A DNA stretch of 64,000 nucleotides from Tubiluchus corallicola. Its lineage: Eukaryota; Animalia; Priapulida. Each line of letters opens with the position of its first letter. The stretch's first letter is position 1. The position numbers and the translations under genes are program-made. The stretch spans positions 1 to 64,000 of the forward strand of contig JAQGDQ010000730.1 in NCBI GenBank assembly GCA_030141605.1. The letters are read 5' to 3'. The notes under the pieces were generated by a model. It worked only from the letters and a program-made list of their open reading frames with translations, was not told the origin of the DNA and ran no database searches. This document shows, one piece after another, positions 13,087 to 26,605 of the stretch.

Positions 13087-14174
13087 CTAATATCAGCTTG
13101 TAAACATGACATTTGTGACGTTTAGTGCATGAATGCAACTATTAGAACTTGTTTTCAAGCTCTCTTGAGAATATTCTGGAATGAGAAGCCAGCATTATTG
13201 TTACTAGTCGCTTGACAAGCTGTTTATGAAAAATGAAGCCATTAGAGGCATCCTGCATCATTTACAGCAGTGTAAAACAGCTAAAGTTAGAATAAGCTTT
13301 TTAAGTTTGACAAACTGGTAATGATGTTCATGCCGTCAAGGTTTATAGCATGTCTTTTCTTGTTTTATTGACAAATTCTTACTATGTCCATAAATATCGA
13401 AAATATATCAAAATATATTAAAGGAAATCCAGACTCAACCTTAAACTGTTGGTCAAAACAATCTACATTTGAAAGAAAACATACTATGTTTTTTCGAAAC
13501 TGACTTACATGAAAGAATTATTGCCACACAAACGCAGTTCCGCGTTCACACCACTAGTTCTTCTCTGTTACGTGTATTTCGCCATTTGCTAGTTAGACGG
13601 CCACTAGCGCCTGCATTTCGGAAATGCGATGAACAAAAAACAGGTGCTGTACCGTTCAGTTCAGAAATGTTTGTTTGTGACGAACTGCACACGTTCGACA
13701 GCTCATGCGTGAGCACAGTGGTAAATTTGAAATTTTATCTTAAAACCTGCCGATATCTTAACACACTGAATATCTTACAGTAGCACTGCACTTCAATTTT
13801 CACTTTCGCAAACACGTGCAACACGCTCGTGGAAAAATTTTGCTGTTGAAAATTATATTCGTTTGTGGTGCTATCAATAATTGGGCTCGCCTGCTGTTAA
13901 TTAAGATTTTAATCTATTATTCAATTATCAGAAACATTTTTGCAGTATTAGTTGTGTTAAAATGTATGCTTTTTATCCTGTCTTCCTGTAATATATGTTA
14001 CTAACTGGATAGAATGACCAACTAGTAATCGAGGTGCTCCTGGTCCTACAAAACCGAGTTCTGCGGCAAGATGTCATGCTGTGCTAGTCACTAAGTTCTC
14101 TTGTTGCAAAATGATAGCGCTTTTGTGATCACTTGCATTGCAACTGCTTAATCACTGTTTTTGTTTAAATACAG

Positions 14175-14253
14175 GCACAAGGTCCGATCACGCCTCACTG
14201 TATAGTCACACTACCCAACACTAGTGGTATGCAGCTCCTCCTATGTTATGATA
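14175..14253 (+). CDS. msn: MAP4K/msn CNH exon
   Basis: atacag| AQGPITPHCIVTLPNTSGMQLLLCYD |gtaagt. Confidence 0.93.
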
Positions 14254-14687
14254 GTAAGTATCTGTATTTGTATTGGTACAGCTTTAGTTTGATGCTGTTT
14301 GCTTGTTTTTTATTATTATGCTGTTATTTCTGCTTTTATTGCTCAATTCTCTGTGTTTTGTATCATACAATACTGACAAAATGCAACCCAGCTTGGCTTT
14401 TCTCGACTAGTTGTGCCTGGAAGGGTAAAAATTGACGAGTGGCAATCGCATGTCATTTAAAAAAATCCCTCCGATATGTCTTCTTTTTAATTTTTGTTTC
14501 ATGTCTTTCTTAATGTCTGGATTGTCTTTTAAAATGTATTTATGTTTTTCATTGTGAAAATGTGAGAAAACTTAATTTACATTCATTGCTCTACAAATAT
14601 ATTTTTGTCGTACCGTAAATTACCAGATAAAATTGAGTAAAATAAGAAGTAAGTGGTGTAAAGTTTCTACTTATTCTATTTGCATAG

Positions 14688-14908
14688 ATGAAGGCGTGTA
14701 CGTGAACACGTACGGTAAAATAATGAAGAACGTAGTACTCCAGTGGGGCGAGCTCCCCACCTCCGTGGCCTACATCGGTACGGGGCAAATCATGGGCTGG
14801 GGTAACAAAGCCATCGAGATACGATCAGTAGAAACCGGTCACCTGGACGGAGTGTTTATGCACAAGAAAGCGCAGAAGTTGAAATTCTTGTGTGAGAGGA
14901 ATGATAAG
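14688..14908 (+). CDS. msn: MAP4K/msn CNH exon
   Basis: gcatag| (N)EGVYVNTYG...[13 protein letters not shown]...[33 protein letters not shown] |gtaaag. Confidence 0.96.
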
Positions 14909-15178
14909 GTAAAGTGAGATTTTTTTAGAGTTTTAAACCAAAGAGGAAGTCGTTCACTGTGTCCAGCTCTAAAAAAGCAACAATTTCAATTAATCCGATC
15001 TCAGATCTTGAATTCAACTGGTTTTGGAATCAGACATTCATTCCGTTCTGACACAGGATATATCCGCCGTCTAGAAAGAAAACTGGCAACCCTGCTTACT
15101 ACCATCCGTCAGTGGCAACACGGGTGACAAAAATGCATTTTTAACAAGTCAAACCAATTATAATATTATCAGATTTAA

Positions 15179-15788
15179 GGCATTCCAAATGAGTCATTTG
15201 TAGAACAAAATTTTTAAGAATGATCTTTGTAAACTTGTTTTGTGAGCATTTGTAGTAATGGCCATTATCACTGTAAATACTTTGTAAATACTGAACAAGG
15301 TCTAAGTGGAGAGAATTTATATAAACAATTGCCTATGAAGCATAAATTTTAAATATACTGCCACTGAATAGAAATTTTCAGGCGTTATGGTTGCCACCCT
15401 TTGAAAATCATTAACTGGGAGACTTTGTGACTTCGTAAAAGCACATCATGGCTTTCCATAAGCGCGCGCTGCTCAAACTAATTCAAACTTCAGCAGCTTA
15501 TTTAATGTTAAAGCAAAAGTATTACAAAATTAGCTATCTAATTTTTTTGTAAAAACTTATTATACTTTTGATGAAGATCGACAGTGCACTACTTTCCTTT
15601 AAGACGAATGACGTCATTGGAAGAAGAATGGGCGTTGAAAATGGGAGCGCCCAAGTATGAAGTGATTACAAGTTTAGTGATTTTACTAGTCACACGAGGC
15701 GCTTATTGCATTTTTATTACTAAATCCGTCTATTATGTTTTGCTAATATTGAAATAAGCCTTACCTCCTAGAAGGCTTGACCTTTCCT
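15179..15788. mobile_element. TTAA-flanked non-autonomous DNA element (Kolobok-like); homolog at 40557-41042
   Basis: TTAA-GG...CCTTTCCT-TTAA; 15420-15670 is the reverse-complement homolog of ~40685-40935 (shared GAATGACGTCATTGG...GAATGGGCGTT...AAAATGGGAGC). Confidence 0.5.
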
Positions 15789-16910
15789 TTAATTTTAAAG
15801 TAAAACATTAATCTAATTTCAACAGCTATTTACTAATGTTTTCAAGAGGTTTCTCACTGTGTTTGACTTTGCGTTTTGAGATAATAGCAGAATTCATTTA
15901 CTAAAATACACTTGTTTGATATAGACAGTCTTCCTCAGTATACAGGTCATCATTGTACCTTAGCCAGTATATTACTTATTGACCTAATGAAGTATTTTAT
16001 GTAATGACCAGCTTGTAAAGTTTCAAATGATGCTGTTGATATTGCCAAAAGTAAGTCATAAGTCATTCATTTCACATTGCACATTTAGAATAGTTTCATG
16101 TACAATATCTAGTGAAAGGGCCTACAATGAACGTAATACGAATAAGAAATACTGCACAGGAAAAGCCTCAAACACTGTTCACCTATATATGAATGTAATG
16201 TAGATGTTGCCAAAGGTAAATGATGTGAGTGAGTTTTATGAATTGCCAAATGAAAATTCAAACACATTTCAAATACACATTTAACACATTCACGATTTCA
16301 AATACATAGACCAAATCATGCCTCTATGACACTTAATTTATTTCCAGATCTTTAGATTTGCCTGATTAAGTTAATGTGTTTCTGGTTTAAAATCTCAGGC
16401 AGGCTTTGTGGTCCAGAAATTTGTAATTTATTTATTATCTGATGCATAACACGTTCTAATTAATGTTAAATTTCACTTGGTTTATGGATGCACAGTTACT
16501 ACTGCCACTTGATTGTCATTGCTGATAGAGAATTACCCACATTCTAATCTGTTTCACCTTCTAATATGACTCCATTATGTTTCTGCAATGTATCTTTTCT
16601 AGTGGCGACTTATTTAATAAAAAGCGATTATCATATTTACTCAGAAGTATTACAGACTAGCCACTCGCATAGCAAAGTGTAATTTTTTACCGGGTTACTT
16701 ACTGGTGTGTTTGCCTGTCATAAGGGCAGTTTTCTGTTATTTTAGAATTCTTCCTGTCCAGTGTCTGTATTTGACAAGTTGGGCCTATGATGATGATGAC
16801 GATGTTGATGATGATGTTGATGATGATTACACTGCCATTTGCTTATTATTGTTTCATTGATGTTCACCAGTATTTTTGTTCCCTTTCATTCATCATCATT
16901 TGTTTTTCAG

Positions 16911-16994
16911 GTATTTTTTAGTTCGGCTCGATCCGGCTCCACGTGTCAAATTTACTTCATGACTCTCAACAAGCCAGGACTGGCCAATTGGTGA
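16911..16994 (+). CDS. msn: MAP4K/msn terminal coding exon
   Basis: tttcag| VFFSSARSGSTCQIYFMTLNKPGLANW-TGA; typical msn/mig-15 C-terminus. Confidence 0.96.
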   Translation, partial: VFFSSARSGSTCQIYFMTLNKPGLANW

Positions 16995-19176
16995 TTTTAA
17001 CTGCGTGAAGACAAGTTTTGAACCTGTTACAACAAACTGGTCAAGCTGATTTTAATTACATTGACCACAGTTAACGAGAGAACGAACGCGTTACTGTAAT
17101 TATAGCAGTTGTGTAATGAAGTGGAATGAGCTTGACTTACATCACATGTTGACACAAACATTTTTCTGTTGATAAGAGAATTAAATGCCATGCTTATTTC
17201 TCTCTCGAATTGTACAGTTATAATCTCGTGTACAATGAGTCTTGGCTGTATAAAATACAGTTATTAAATTTCTGTCTCCAGGTTTTTATAGTATTGGAAA
17301 TCCACTCAAGTGATATTATATCCACAGAAAATACTGGCCTAGAATTTGGTTCACAGAGCGATTAGTCGCATCCTCGTTTGTTTTTCATATTTTTATTCTC
17401 TATTGTCAGATGCTTGATCCATTTTCACAACAATTGCTGTATATCAGATACAGGTAAAAGTGCTGATATTTTGGAAGGATGGAAATATTCGTGACATTGT
17501 TTTACATTGAACGGTTTTAACGTAATCGTCTAACACTGCCACTTTGTTAGGTTTTTTTATGAATTATGGAAACAGCATTTTATGATTGTTCAATGTGATG
17601 AACAAAAATGATGATTTTCTTTATGAATCACTGGATGTGCTTGCAACGATTAGATTTTATTGACCGTCGGCAATGTTAGAATTTTCGTAGCCGTGTTTTG
17701 GTAAGAACTGGGGCCACAGCAGCACAAAACCACGGCTTGGTATTTTGCTTTTTTACCCGTGACAGTTTTATTTTTCACCTTTATAGAACTGGCTGCTTTG
17801 TTAAACTTTTATTTTAAACCTCTTACAGGAAACTTCTACTTATATTGATGATGTTTGCATCCCGTTCATTTATGAGCTGGTTTTTAAGCACTTATTACCT
17901 GGAAAATTTGCTCTTCTGAACGTAGTATTTTACGTTCTGAAGTCGTATTAATTGCATGCCATGGTGAAGAGCCTTTTTAGTAGAAAGTATATTACACAGA
18001 CAATGTTGATGTTTATTAATATAATGAGGATTTTTCTGATTTCAGTTGTAAAACTAGAATAAAAATTGCTGATCAACTGTCTCTGTAAATCTAACATTTT
18101 ATTTTAGATTTCGATATTTGTTTGCGCTAAAATGCACAAATTTTTTTCTCTTATTTAATCATGTACATATTTAAACTCTCTGTTTTTTTCATAGTTGATT
18201 TTACTCTGTCTTGGACCACAATTTTCATGGCACAATATCTACATGTGTAATCATTTGTATCATCTAGTTTAATTACGAAACGATTCTGAAATATTAGTCC
18301 AAATCGTGATACTATTAATGATGAAGCTAATTGTTGTCAAGTGTTATTTTATTTTAGAATGTGTGCTTCCAACTCGTGTAGTTGAAATCTCCTGCATTTT
18401 GCTGTTAACTTGGTAAACTTATATATTATTGTCTCATTTTTGCCTAATTCGTACCTAAATTACCCCGGTATTTGTACTACTAAATGATAGTACATTTGCT
18501 GTTAATTATCAAATCTTATTCACCTTATAGGTGACAGGTATATTCTCTACCTGTGTAAACTATCAGGTAGTAATCTAGTGTATAGACAGGTGTATTTTAT
18601 AATTTATTATAACAGCATAGCAGTAGGTTGAACGTAGTGAAAAATTTCACTACCAATTCAGTAAAGTATCGTGTCATTTTTAGTGCAGTTTTGACTACGG
18701 ATTATGTAATGTATTTGTAAATTTTTTATCTGTTGATTTAAATTCAATAATCTCTTGTAAAATATTGGTTTAATTTCGGTTCAGTTTTTTTGCAAAACTT
18801 GCCAGAAGTGAACTGGTGCTTTCAGTTTTTCTGAAATTTACGATGATTGTTTAGAAGCTTGACTTCTGTTTTGAGTACGTTTGTTGTATGAGATTTTGGT
18901 ATAAAAAAAATTCGAGATATAATTTGAAATGCTTGCGTATCTTGTAAACGACATGTGTAACATTAATATTTTAATATTTCTTTTTTCAATCTTTTTATGT
19001 GATGCTTTTATGGTCAAGATTACTTGTTACATTTGACTGCCTCTGGTGCAATGTAAATTTGTCACTTTTGTGTTTTGTAAGTATTATTGTGATTCTGTTA
19101 GAATGTAATAAAAATTGTTGGCTATATAATGTAATTTGAGGTGGTAGCTGCAGTTTTTTTATACAATTTAATTCTT

Positions 19177-20396
19177 GGAGTTTGGGGGTAGTACTACGTG
19201 TTTTGTAAGCTGTATATGACAAGGGGTCCCGGAGTTTGGGGGTAGTACCACGTGTGTTTTGTAAGCTGTATATGACAAGGGGTCCTGGAGTTTGGGGGTA
19301 GTACCACGTGTGTTTTGTAAGCTGTATATGACAAGGGGTCCTGGAGTTTGGGGGTAGTACCACGTGTGTTTTGTAAGCTGTATATGACAAGGGGTCCTGG
19401 AGTTTGGGGGTAGTACCACGTGTGTTTTGTAAGCTGTATATGACAAGGGGTCCTGGAGTTTGGGGGTAGTACCACGTGTGTTTTGTAAGCTGTATATGAC
19501 AAGGGGTCCTGGAGTTTGGGGGTAGTACCACGTGTGTTTGTAAGCTGTATATGACAAGGGGTCCTGGAGTTTGGGGGTAGTACCACGTGTGTTTTGTAGC
19601 TGTATATGACAAGGGGTCCTGGAGTTTGGGGGTAGTACCACGTGTGTTTTGTAAGCTGTATATGACAAGGGGTCCTGGAGTTTGGGGGTAGTACCACGTG
19701 TGTTTTGTAAGCTGTATATGACAAGGGGTCCTGGAGTTTGGGGGTAGTACCACGTGTGTTTTGTAAGCTGTATATGACAAGGGGTCCTGGAGTTTGGGGG
19801 TAGTACCACGTGTGTTTTGTAAGCTGTATATGACAAGGGGTCCTGGAGTTTGGGGGTAGTACCACATGTGTTTTGTAAGCTGTATATGACAAGGGGTCCT
19901 GGAGTTTGGGGGTAGTACCACGTGTGTTTTGTAAGCTGTATATGACAAGGGGTCCTGGAGTTTGGGGGTAGTACCACGTGTGTTTTGTAAGCTGTATATG
20001 ACAAGGGGTCCTGGAGTTTGGAGGTAGTACCACGTGTGTTTTGTAAGCTGTCTATGACAAGGGGTCCTGGAGTTTGGAGGTAGTACCACATGTGTTTGGT
20101 AAGCTGTCTATGGCAAGGGGTCCTGGAGTTTGGGGGTAGTACCACATGTGTTTTGTAAGCTGTATATGACAAGGGGTCCTGGAGTTTGGGGGTAGTACCA
20201 CGTGTGTTTTCTAAACTGTATATGACAAGGAGTCCTGGAGTTTGGGGGGTACCACGTGTGTTTTGTAAACTGTATATGACAAGGGGTCCTGGAGTTTGGG
20301 GGTAGTACCACGTGTTTTGTAAGCTGTATATGACAAGGGGTCCTGGAGTTTGGGGGTAGTACCACGTGTTTTGTAAGCTGTGTATGACAAGTGGTC
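19177..20396. repeat. 56-bp minisatellite (~22 copies)
   Basis: Unit GGAGTTTGGGGGTAGTACCACGTGTGTTTTGTAAGCTGTATATGACAAGGGGTCCT. Confidence 0.97.
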
Positions 20397-20509
20397 TGAT
20401 ACATTTTTCGGTGTCCATTAGGTTTTTTCCTGTAATGTTTTAGTTAATTTTGTAATAACATTACAGTATTGCTAAATGGGATTCAAACCCTTTCAACTTT
20501 GTTTTGAGA

Positions 20510-20828
20510 AAGATGGAGAAGGCTGAGGAAAGAGAGAAAGAGGAAGAGAGCGATAGAAAGAGAGGGAGGGAGAGAGAGAGGGAAAAGAGAGAGAGAGAAG
20601 GAAGGAGAGAGGGAAAGAGCGAGAGAGAGGGGGAGAAAGAAAGAGAGGGGGAAGGAGAGAGGGAAACAAAGGGAGGAGACAGGGAGAGAGAGAGAGAAGG
20701 AAGAATAGAGGGAACGAGCGAGAGAGAGAGAAAGAAAGAGAGGGAGAGAGAGAAGGGGATAGACAGAGAGAGGGGGAAGAGTGGGCAGGAGGAAAGGAGA
20801 GAGAAAGAGAAGGACAGAGCGAGAGAGC
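20510..20828. repeat. GA-rich polypurine tract
   Basis: Imperfect (GA)n/(GGA)n tract, nearly all purines. Confidence 0.9.
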
Positions 20829-21002
20829 GATTCATTCCTATATTTATTAACAGGACAATAATCACGTATTAAGCAAGTTCTTTTTAACAACAGAAAAGTC
20901 AAATGTTTGACAGCATTACAATCCTTGATATGTTAAACACAGTTATAATTATGTAATAGTCAACATTAACAAAAAGGTGAGCATAACAACAACATTATTA
21001 TA

Positions 21003-21270
21003 CAGTGTGCGGTACATGCTACTGTAAACAGACTTTACAAACTACAATATACAAAGTACCCATTAATATGATACAAAAGCAAACATTGTGCACGGTGTGC
21101 GGTACATGCTTCTACTGTAAACAGACTTTACAATATACAAAGTATCCATTAATATGATACAAAAGCAAACATTGTGCACGGTGTGCGGTACATGCTTCTA
21201 CTGTAAACAGGCTTTACAAACTACAATATACAAAGTATCCTTTAATATTATACAAAAGCAAACGTGTGCA
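21003..21270. repeat. ~85-90-bp tandem repeat, 3 copies
   Basis: GTGTGCGGTACATGC...CTGTAAACAGACTTTACAA...CAAAAGCAAAC repeated three times. Confidence 0.85.
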
Positions 21271-21714
21271 CTACAATCACATAATTCGAAATAGTTCCAC
21301 GATCAAGTTCAACAACCACCAGAAAAGTTTCTTGTTTCTGACAAATGTTCATCTACCTGGTAACTTTAGTAAGGCTGATCATGGGCTTTAATCTATAGGC
21401 GGTCCATGGCTTGATTATTTTTAATGTCATTAGTTTGTAAAGTCCATAATAGGGCCAAAGGTGAAAACTCCAACAGTTTTTTGGACTAATCGGGGCAGCA
21501 CAATTACCAGAGTTGCAAGCAAACTGGGCAACAATCTGCAGTTCCGTACCATAACCGTTACGAAACCGAATTCTACTCCCTAAAGTTTTAAAGATACAAA
21601 TTATTCTGCTTAGACAACGCCTCAACAAATGATTCTTACTGATTTCACCACCAAACATCTTCAAGCATTGTTCAATAGAGCATTGGTCTATGAAAAAATT
21701 TGGAACAGTTCTGC

Positions 21715-23235
21715 ACTTTCACATGGTTTCACACATCTTCAGTCACTTGACGTGGTTTCGCGCATTTTCAGTCACTTGACATGGTTTCACACATCTTCAG
21801 TAACTTCACATCGTTTCACACATCTTCAGTAACTTCACTTGGTTTCACACATCTTCAGTCACTTCACATGGTTTCACACATCTTCAGTCACTTCACGTGG
21901 TTTCACACATCTTCAATCACCTCACTTGGTTTCACACATCTTCAGTCACTTCACTTGGTTTCACACATCTTCAGTCACTTCACATGGTTTCACACATCTT
22001 CAGTCACTTCACATGGATTACACATCTTCAGTCACCTCACATCGTTTCACACATCTTCAGTCACTTGACATGGTTTCACACATCTTCAGTCACTTCACTT
22101 GGTTTCACACATCTTCAGTCACTTCACGTGGTTTCACACATCTTCAATCACCTCACTTGGTTTCACACATCTTCAGTCACTTCACATGGTTTCACACATC
22201 TTCAGTCACTTCACTTGGTTTCACACATCTTCAGTCACTTCACTTGGTTTCACACATCTTCAGTCACTTCACATCGTTTCACACATCTTCAGTCACTTCA
22301 CATCGTTTCACACATCTTCAGTCACTTGACATCGTTTCACACATCTTCAATCACCTCACGTGGTTTCACACATCTTCAGTCACTTCACGTGGTTTCACAC
22401 ATCTTCAGTCACTTCACGTGGTTTCACACATCTTCAGTCACTTCACGTGGTTTCACACATCTTCAGTCACTTCACGTGGTTTCACACATCTTCAATCACC
22501 TCACTTGGTTTCACACATCTTCAATCACCTCACTTGGTTTCACACATCTTCAGTCACTTCACATGGTTTCACACATCTTCAATCACCTCACTTGGTTTCA
22601 CACATCTTCAGTCACTTCACATCGTTTCACACATCTTCAGTCACTTCACATCGTTTCACACATCTTCAGTCACTTCACATGGTTTCACACATCTTCTGCA
22701 CTTCAAATGGTTTCACACATCTTCAGTCACTTCACATCGTTTCACACATCTTCAGTCACTTCACGTGGTTTCACACATCTTCAGTCACTTCACATGCTTT
22801 CACACATCTTCAGTCACTTCACATGGTTTCACACATCTTCTGCACTTCACATGGTTTCACACATCTTCAGTCACTTCACATCGTTTCACACATCTTCAAT
22901 CACTTCACGTGGTTTCACACATCTTCAGTCACTTCACGTGGTTTCACACATCTTCAGTCACTTCACATGCTTTCACACATCTTCAGTCACTTCACGTCGT
23001 TTCACACATCTTCAGTCACTTCACGTGGTTTCACATATCTTCAGTCACTTCACATGCTTTCACACATCTTCAGTCACTTCACATGGTTTCACACATCTTC
23101 AGTCACTTCACATGGTTTCACACATCTTCTGCACTTCAAATGGTTTCACACAACTTCAATCACTTCACATGGCTTACACGTCATCAGTCACTTCACATGG
23201 TTTCACACATCTTCAGTCACTTCACATGATTTCAC
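21715..23235. repeat. 29-bp minisatellite (~52 copies)
   Basis: Unit TTCACATGGTTTCACACATCTTCAGTCAC; explains the long overlapping ORFs in three frames. Confidence 0.97.
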
Positions 23236-23775
23236 AAAGCTTCGTGAACTTTTACACGGCTTCTACACTGACCGTGCGCCATCGTACACAGTATTTATGT
23301 GAGTTTTATAAGAATACAGCTTTTTGAATTTTTTGAACCAACGTTAGTTTATCCTTTTTTGTCGTGAACTGTGAAAACCATTGAAAGCTGTGTGGAGCCG
23401 TGGTTATTTGCAAATGGTCTCCTGGAAGACGCAAGAATTCCGCTGCTGCAATTCATAAGGCGGAACTGAATCACATTTCTTATAATTATGGTATCACTTA
23501 AGGCAAAATAAAAAAATTGGTTCATTTGGATTTAGTACCATGTTTACCGCCAGAGTACATTAGAGTTTTACAAGCTTCAGGCAAATGCAACTGCAAGGAG
23601 TTATAAAAAGATACAGTAAGTAAAAACATAATAATTATGGTCTAATTAACAAAAAAACTATAGTAAAAAATTTAAAGCTTTAAAATGAGTGAAAATGGCT
23701 TAATCGTTTTGAAAGTGCTTGACATCACATTAGCTTTTTGAATGACAATATGAGTTCTATTTAATGAGTTTTGTA

Positions 23776-24140
23776 CAGGGCGTCCCAGAAGAAGCAGTCC
23801 AAATATGCGGATATGCTGAAATATGTTGATCAAATCACAGTAAATGAGTTTTAAGTAATTTAGTAAAAGATTAAACTCTGTAACCTAAAGGCATAATCAG
23901 AAGCGTCCCTAGGTGTTCATATGAAAAACATAATCAAGTTCATTAGATTAGTGTTTTAACACTTATCATTTTGTCAGAAATTAAGTCGAACTTCTGAATT
24001 ATGACGTCACAGATGTAATGACGTACGATATCGTATTTTCACGACTTCAGGTTTCTTAATATATATCTTTTGTTGTGTATCCACTATACTGTATAAATAT
24101 TAGCAGATATGTACTGCACTGTTTTTTCTTAAACGCCCTG
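23776..24140. mobile_element. Tc1/mariner-like MITE
   Basis: TA-CAGGGCGT ... ACGCCCTG-TA. Confidence 0.55.
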
Positions 24141-24444
24141 TACTTATATACCTACTATTATATAATTGGTATTCAAGTTACAATTCAACGACTGCCGAAA
24201 TAACAGTAAAGGAAATGTTCCTTTAAAATTACATTACATGCATACATTGTGCACTGCATGCTATAATTATGTATAGAAACACAAGTTCATCAGAAGCTTC
24301 ACAATGCAAGAAGCTTGAAGTTGTTTAGAACTATGACAGCTTTTAGGTCGCATCTAATGAGCAAGGGTCATTTTTGGAAAAGATTTTTTGAAAACAACAA
24401 GAATTGACAAAGTTATTTAAACTCCTTCAGAACTGGGGAAGGAG

Positions 24445-24624
24445 TTTACAATTCCCCACACAATTTAAATACCATAACTCTAACTCTAGCCCTACGCCTA
24501 ACCCAACCCTAAACCTATCCCTAATCCTAACCCAACCCTAAACCTATCCCTAACCCTAACCTCTACCCTAACCCTAATCATAGTCCGTTCTGGCACTAAT
24601 TTCCTGTGTATGGGGATTTGTAAA
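24445..24624. repeat. Degenerate (CCCTAA)n telomere-like tract bracketed by inverted repeats
   Basis: TTTACAATTCCCCACACA ... (CCCTAA-like)n at ~24480-24578 ... TGTGTATGGGGATTTGTAAA. Confidence 0.7.
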
Positions 24625-24866
24625 ATTAGCCAGACCGGTAAAACAAGCCACGATTAATTAGGTAATGCTTTTATTCAGGATACTAGGGTTTCGTATTTAT
24701 GTCAGAAAATTGTCTTTACAGACTAATATTCTTTTATATTGCAAATCAACGTTAAATACAGTAACTATAATTCACCTAAACACTGAAATAAGTGTACTTT
24801 TGCTTACACAAACACGTGCAGGAATGCATAATAGAATGTGTTAACTGTACAATGCGCGCGCATGCT

Positions 24867-25290
24867 CTAACAACAATGTATTCTTTCTGGCACTGCCTCT
24901 AGTAGCAGGTCGTCATTCTGTCTAACCATGCCATCTTTTATTCCCTCCCAACCTTCCTCCATGACTAGGTCTCCTCTGCACATTTTGTCAAACACGGTTT
25001 TTGCCACACAATCAAAAGCGTCTTCAATGTTGTCGCCTGTCATTGCCGACGTCTCGAAGTAACTAATTCCGTGTCGTTTGGCGAAATTCTGCCCCTCCGT
25101 GTAGAGCACTTGTCTTTCTGATTCCAGGTCACTCTTGTGGCCCACAATAATGAACACAGCCTGTCTGGGGTAAGTATGGGACAGTGCTTCTGACAGCCAT
25201 TCTGCAACGCTATTAAATGATTCCCGATTGGTGATGTCAAAAACTATGAGTCCGCCAACTGAGTTTCTGTAGTAAGACTTGGTAATTGAA
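24867..25290 (-). CDS. Rab39: Rab39 GTPase exon 2
   Basis: tttcag| SITKSYYRNSVGGLIVFDITNRESF...VGHKSD...FETSA...EEGWEGIKDG...IHCC-TAG; the GHKxD G4 variant and GWEG motif are Rab39 features; C-terminal CC prenylation motif. Confidence 0.93.
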
Positions 25291-25356
25291 CTGAAAATAA
25301 CGAATCGAGAAGCTTATATTGAAGCTCAGTGCCTTGGAAAGTCAAACACTACTACC

Positions 25357-25411
25357 TAGTAGTAGTGGTAGTGGTAGTGGTAGTGGTAGTGGTAGTGGTA
25401 GTAGTAGTAGT

Positions 25412-25482
<71 letters not shown>

Positions 25483-25586
25483 CAACAACAGTAGTAGTCA
25501 GCAGCAGCAGTAGCATCAACAACAACAACAGTAGTAGCAGTAGCAACAGCAGCAGCAGCAGCATCAACAACAACAACAATAGTAGT

Positions 25587-25620
<34 letters not shown>

Positions 25621-25726
25621 CACCTGCAGTAGTAGCAGTAGTAGCAGCAGTAGCAGTAGTAGTAGCAGCAGTAGCAGCGGCAGTAGTAGTAGCAGCAGCA
25701 GCAGTAGTAGCAGCAGGAGTAGTACT
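25357..25726. repeat. Compound (AGT)/(AGC)/(AAC) microsatellite in the Rab39 intron
   Basis: Direct reading. Confidence 0.95.
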
Positions 25727-25839
25727 AGTATTTTATTCACAGTAATAACATTACAGTCCATCAACAACATTAGGAAAATTGTCACGGAGTCAGAAAAAAA
25801 ATAAATGTTAACAACAAATAACAACACGGTGAGTTAACT

Positions 25840-26180
25840 CTAAATTTTCAAAATTGCTGGAAAGAATTTACGGCAAAGTTCAGGATCTAAATCAAATTGT
25901 TCTTGCACTCTGTTTAAATACACGGCGTAGGTTTCTCTAATTGGCTCAGATAATCTACAATGTACAACAACATGCGACTCGTCTTGTACAGAGACATTAT
26001 CACACCTGCATACTCTGTTATTACAAGGAATGGGTGACCTTGCCCATTCACCAGTCTCAAACATGCAATAAAATTTGTTCCAAGCGATTCGATTAGAAAT
26101 TGCCTTTTTAATTTAATGCAACATCTTTCTGAGTTTTTTTGCCTGATAGCGCAAATAGAACTCCAAGCATCTACGAGCAC
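25840..26180 (-). mobile_element. Non-LTR retrotransposon ORF2 C-terminal fragment in the Rab39 intron
   Basis: FETGEW...RVCRC...VQDESHVVVHC...IR resembles the IETGRW...RxC..C...EDExH....C zinc-binding C-terminus of LINE ORF2. Confidence 0.6.
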
Positions 26181-26390
26181 TTTATAAAGGTTAGAATATG
26201 GTAAACAGTTGTAGGCCTAAAATCGTCATGTCGCTTAGGTCGAAACCACTCAGAAGTTCAAAAATATTGTGTCAAAAAGCATTCGAAGCCAAATCGCATA
26301 GCAGCTGTTCCAGCAAAAATTATGCGAGGTAGCAATACGACGCACGTGGGTGGTGGGCGGAAGCCCGTGCCCTTCTTAGTCTATACTCAC

Positions 26391-26605
26391 CGGAAACGCT
26401 CCTGCCCGGCCGTGTCCCACAGCTGTAGCTTGACCCGCACTCCCTTTCTAACACTGATTAGCCTACAGTAGAAGTCCACGCCTACCGTCGGTTCGCATTC
26501 TTCGTATTTGCCATTGCAGAAGTACCTCAACAATGCCGACTTGCCAACAGTGCTGTCCCCTATCAAAATGAGCCTGAATTGATAATCAAACACTGGTTCA
26601 ACCAT
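26391..26605 (-). CDS. Rab39: Rab39 GTPase exon 1
   Basis: MVEPVFDYQFRLILIGDSTVGKS...PTVGVDFY...KLQLWDTAGQERF(R) |gtgagt; phase 2 joins exon 2; 212 aa in total. Confidence 0.94.

Noticed and set aside
18995-20418. Long ORFs of 279-416 aa
   Set aside because: Artefact of a 56-bp unit (not a multiple of 3) that lacks stops on the - strand; all frames give the same cyclic peptide
20461-20902. Arg/Glu-rich and Ser/Leu-rich ORFs; likewise the poly-Ser/Tyr/Ile ORFs at 25.3, 27.9, 34.1 and 55.9 kb
   Set aside because: Microsatellite translations
21781-23327. His/Ser/Phe-rich ORFs up to 487 aa
   Set aside because: Translation of the 29-bp satellite in three frames; no unique coding flanks
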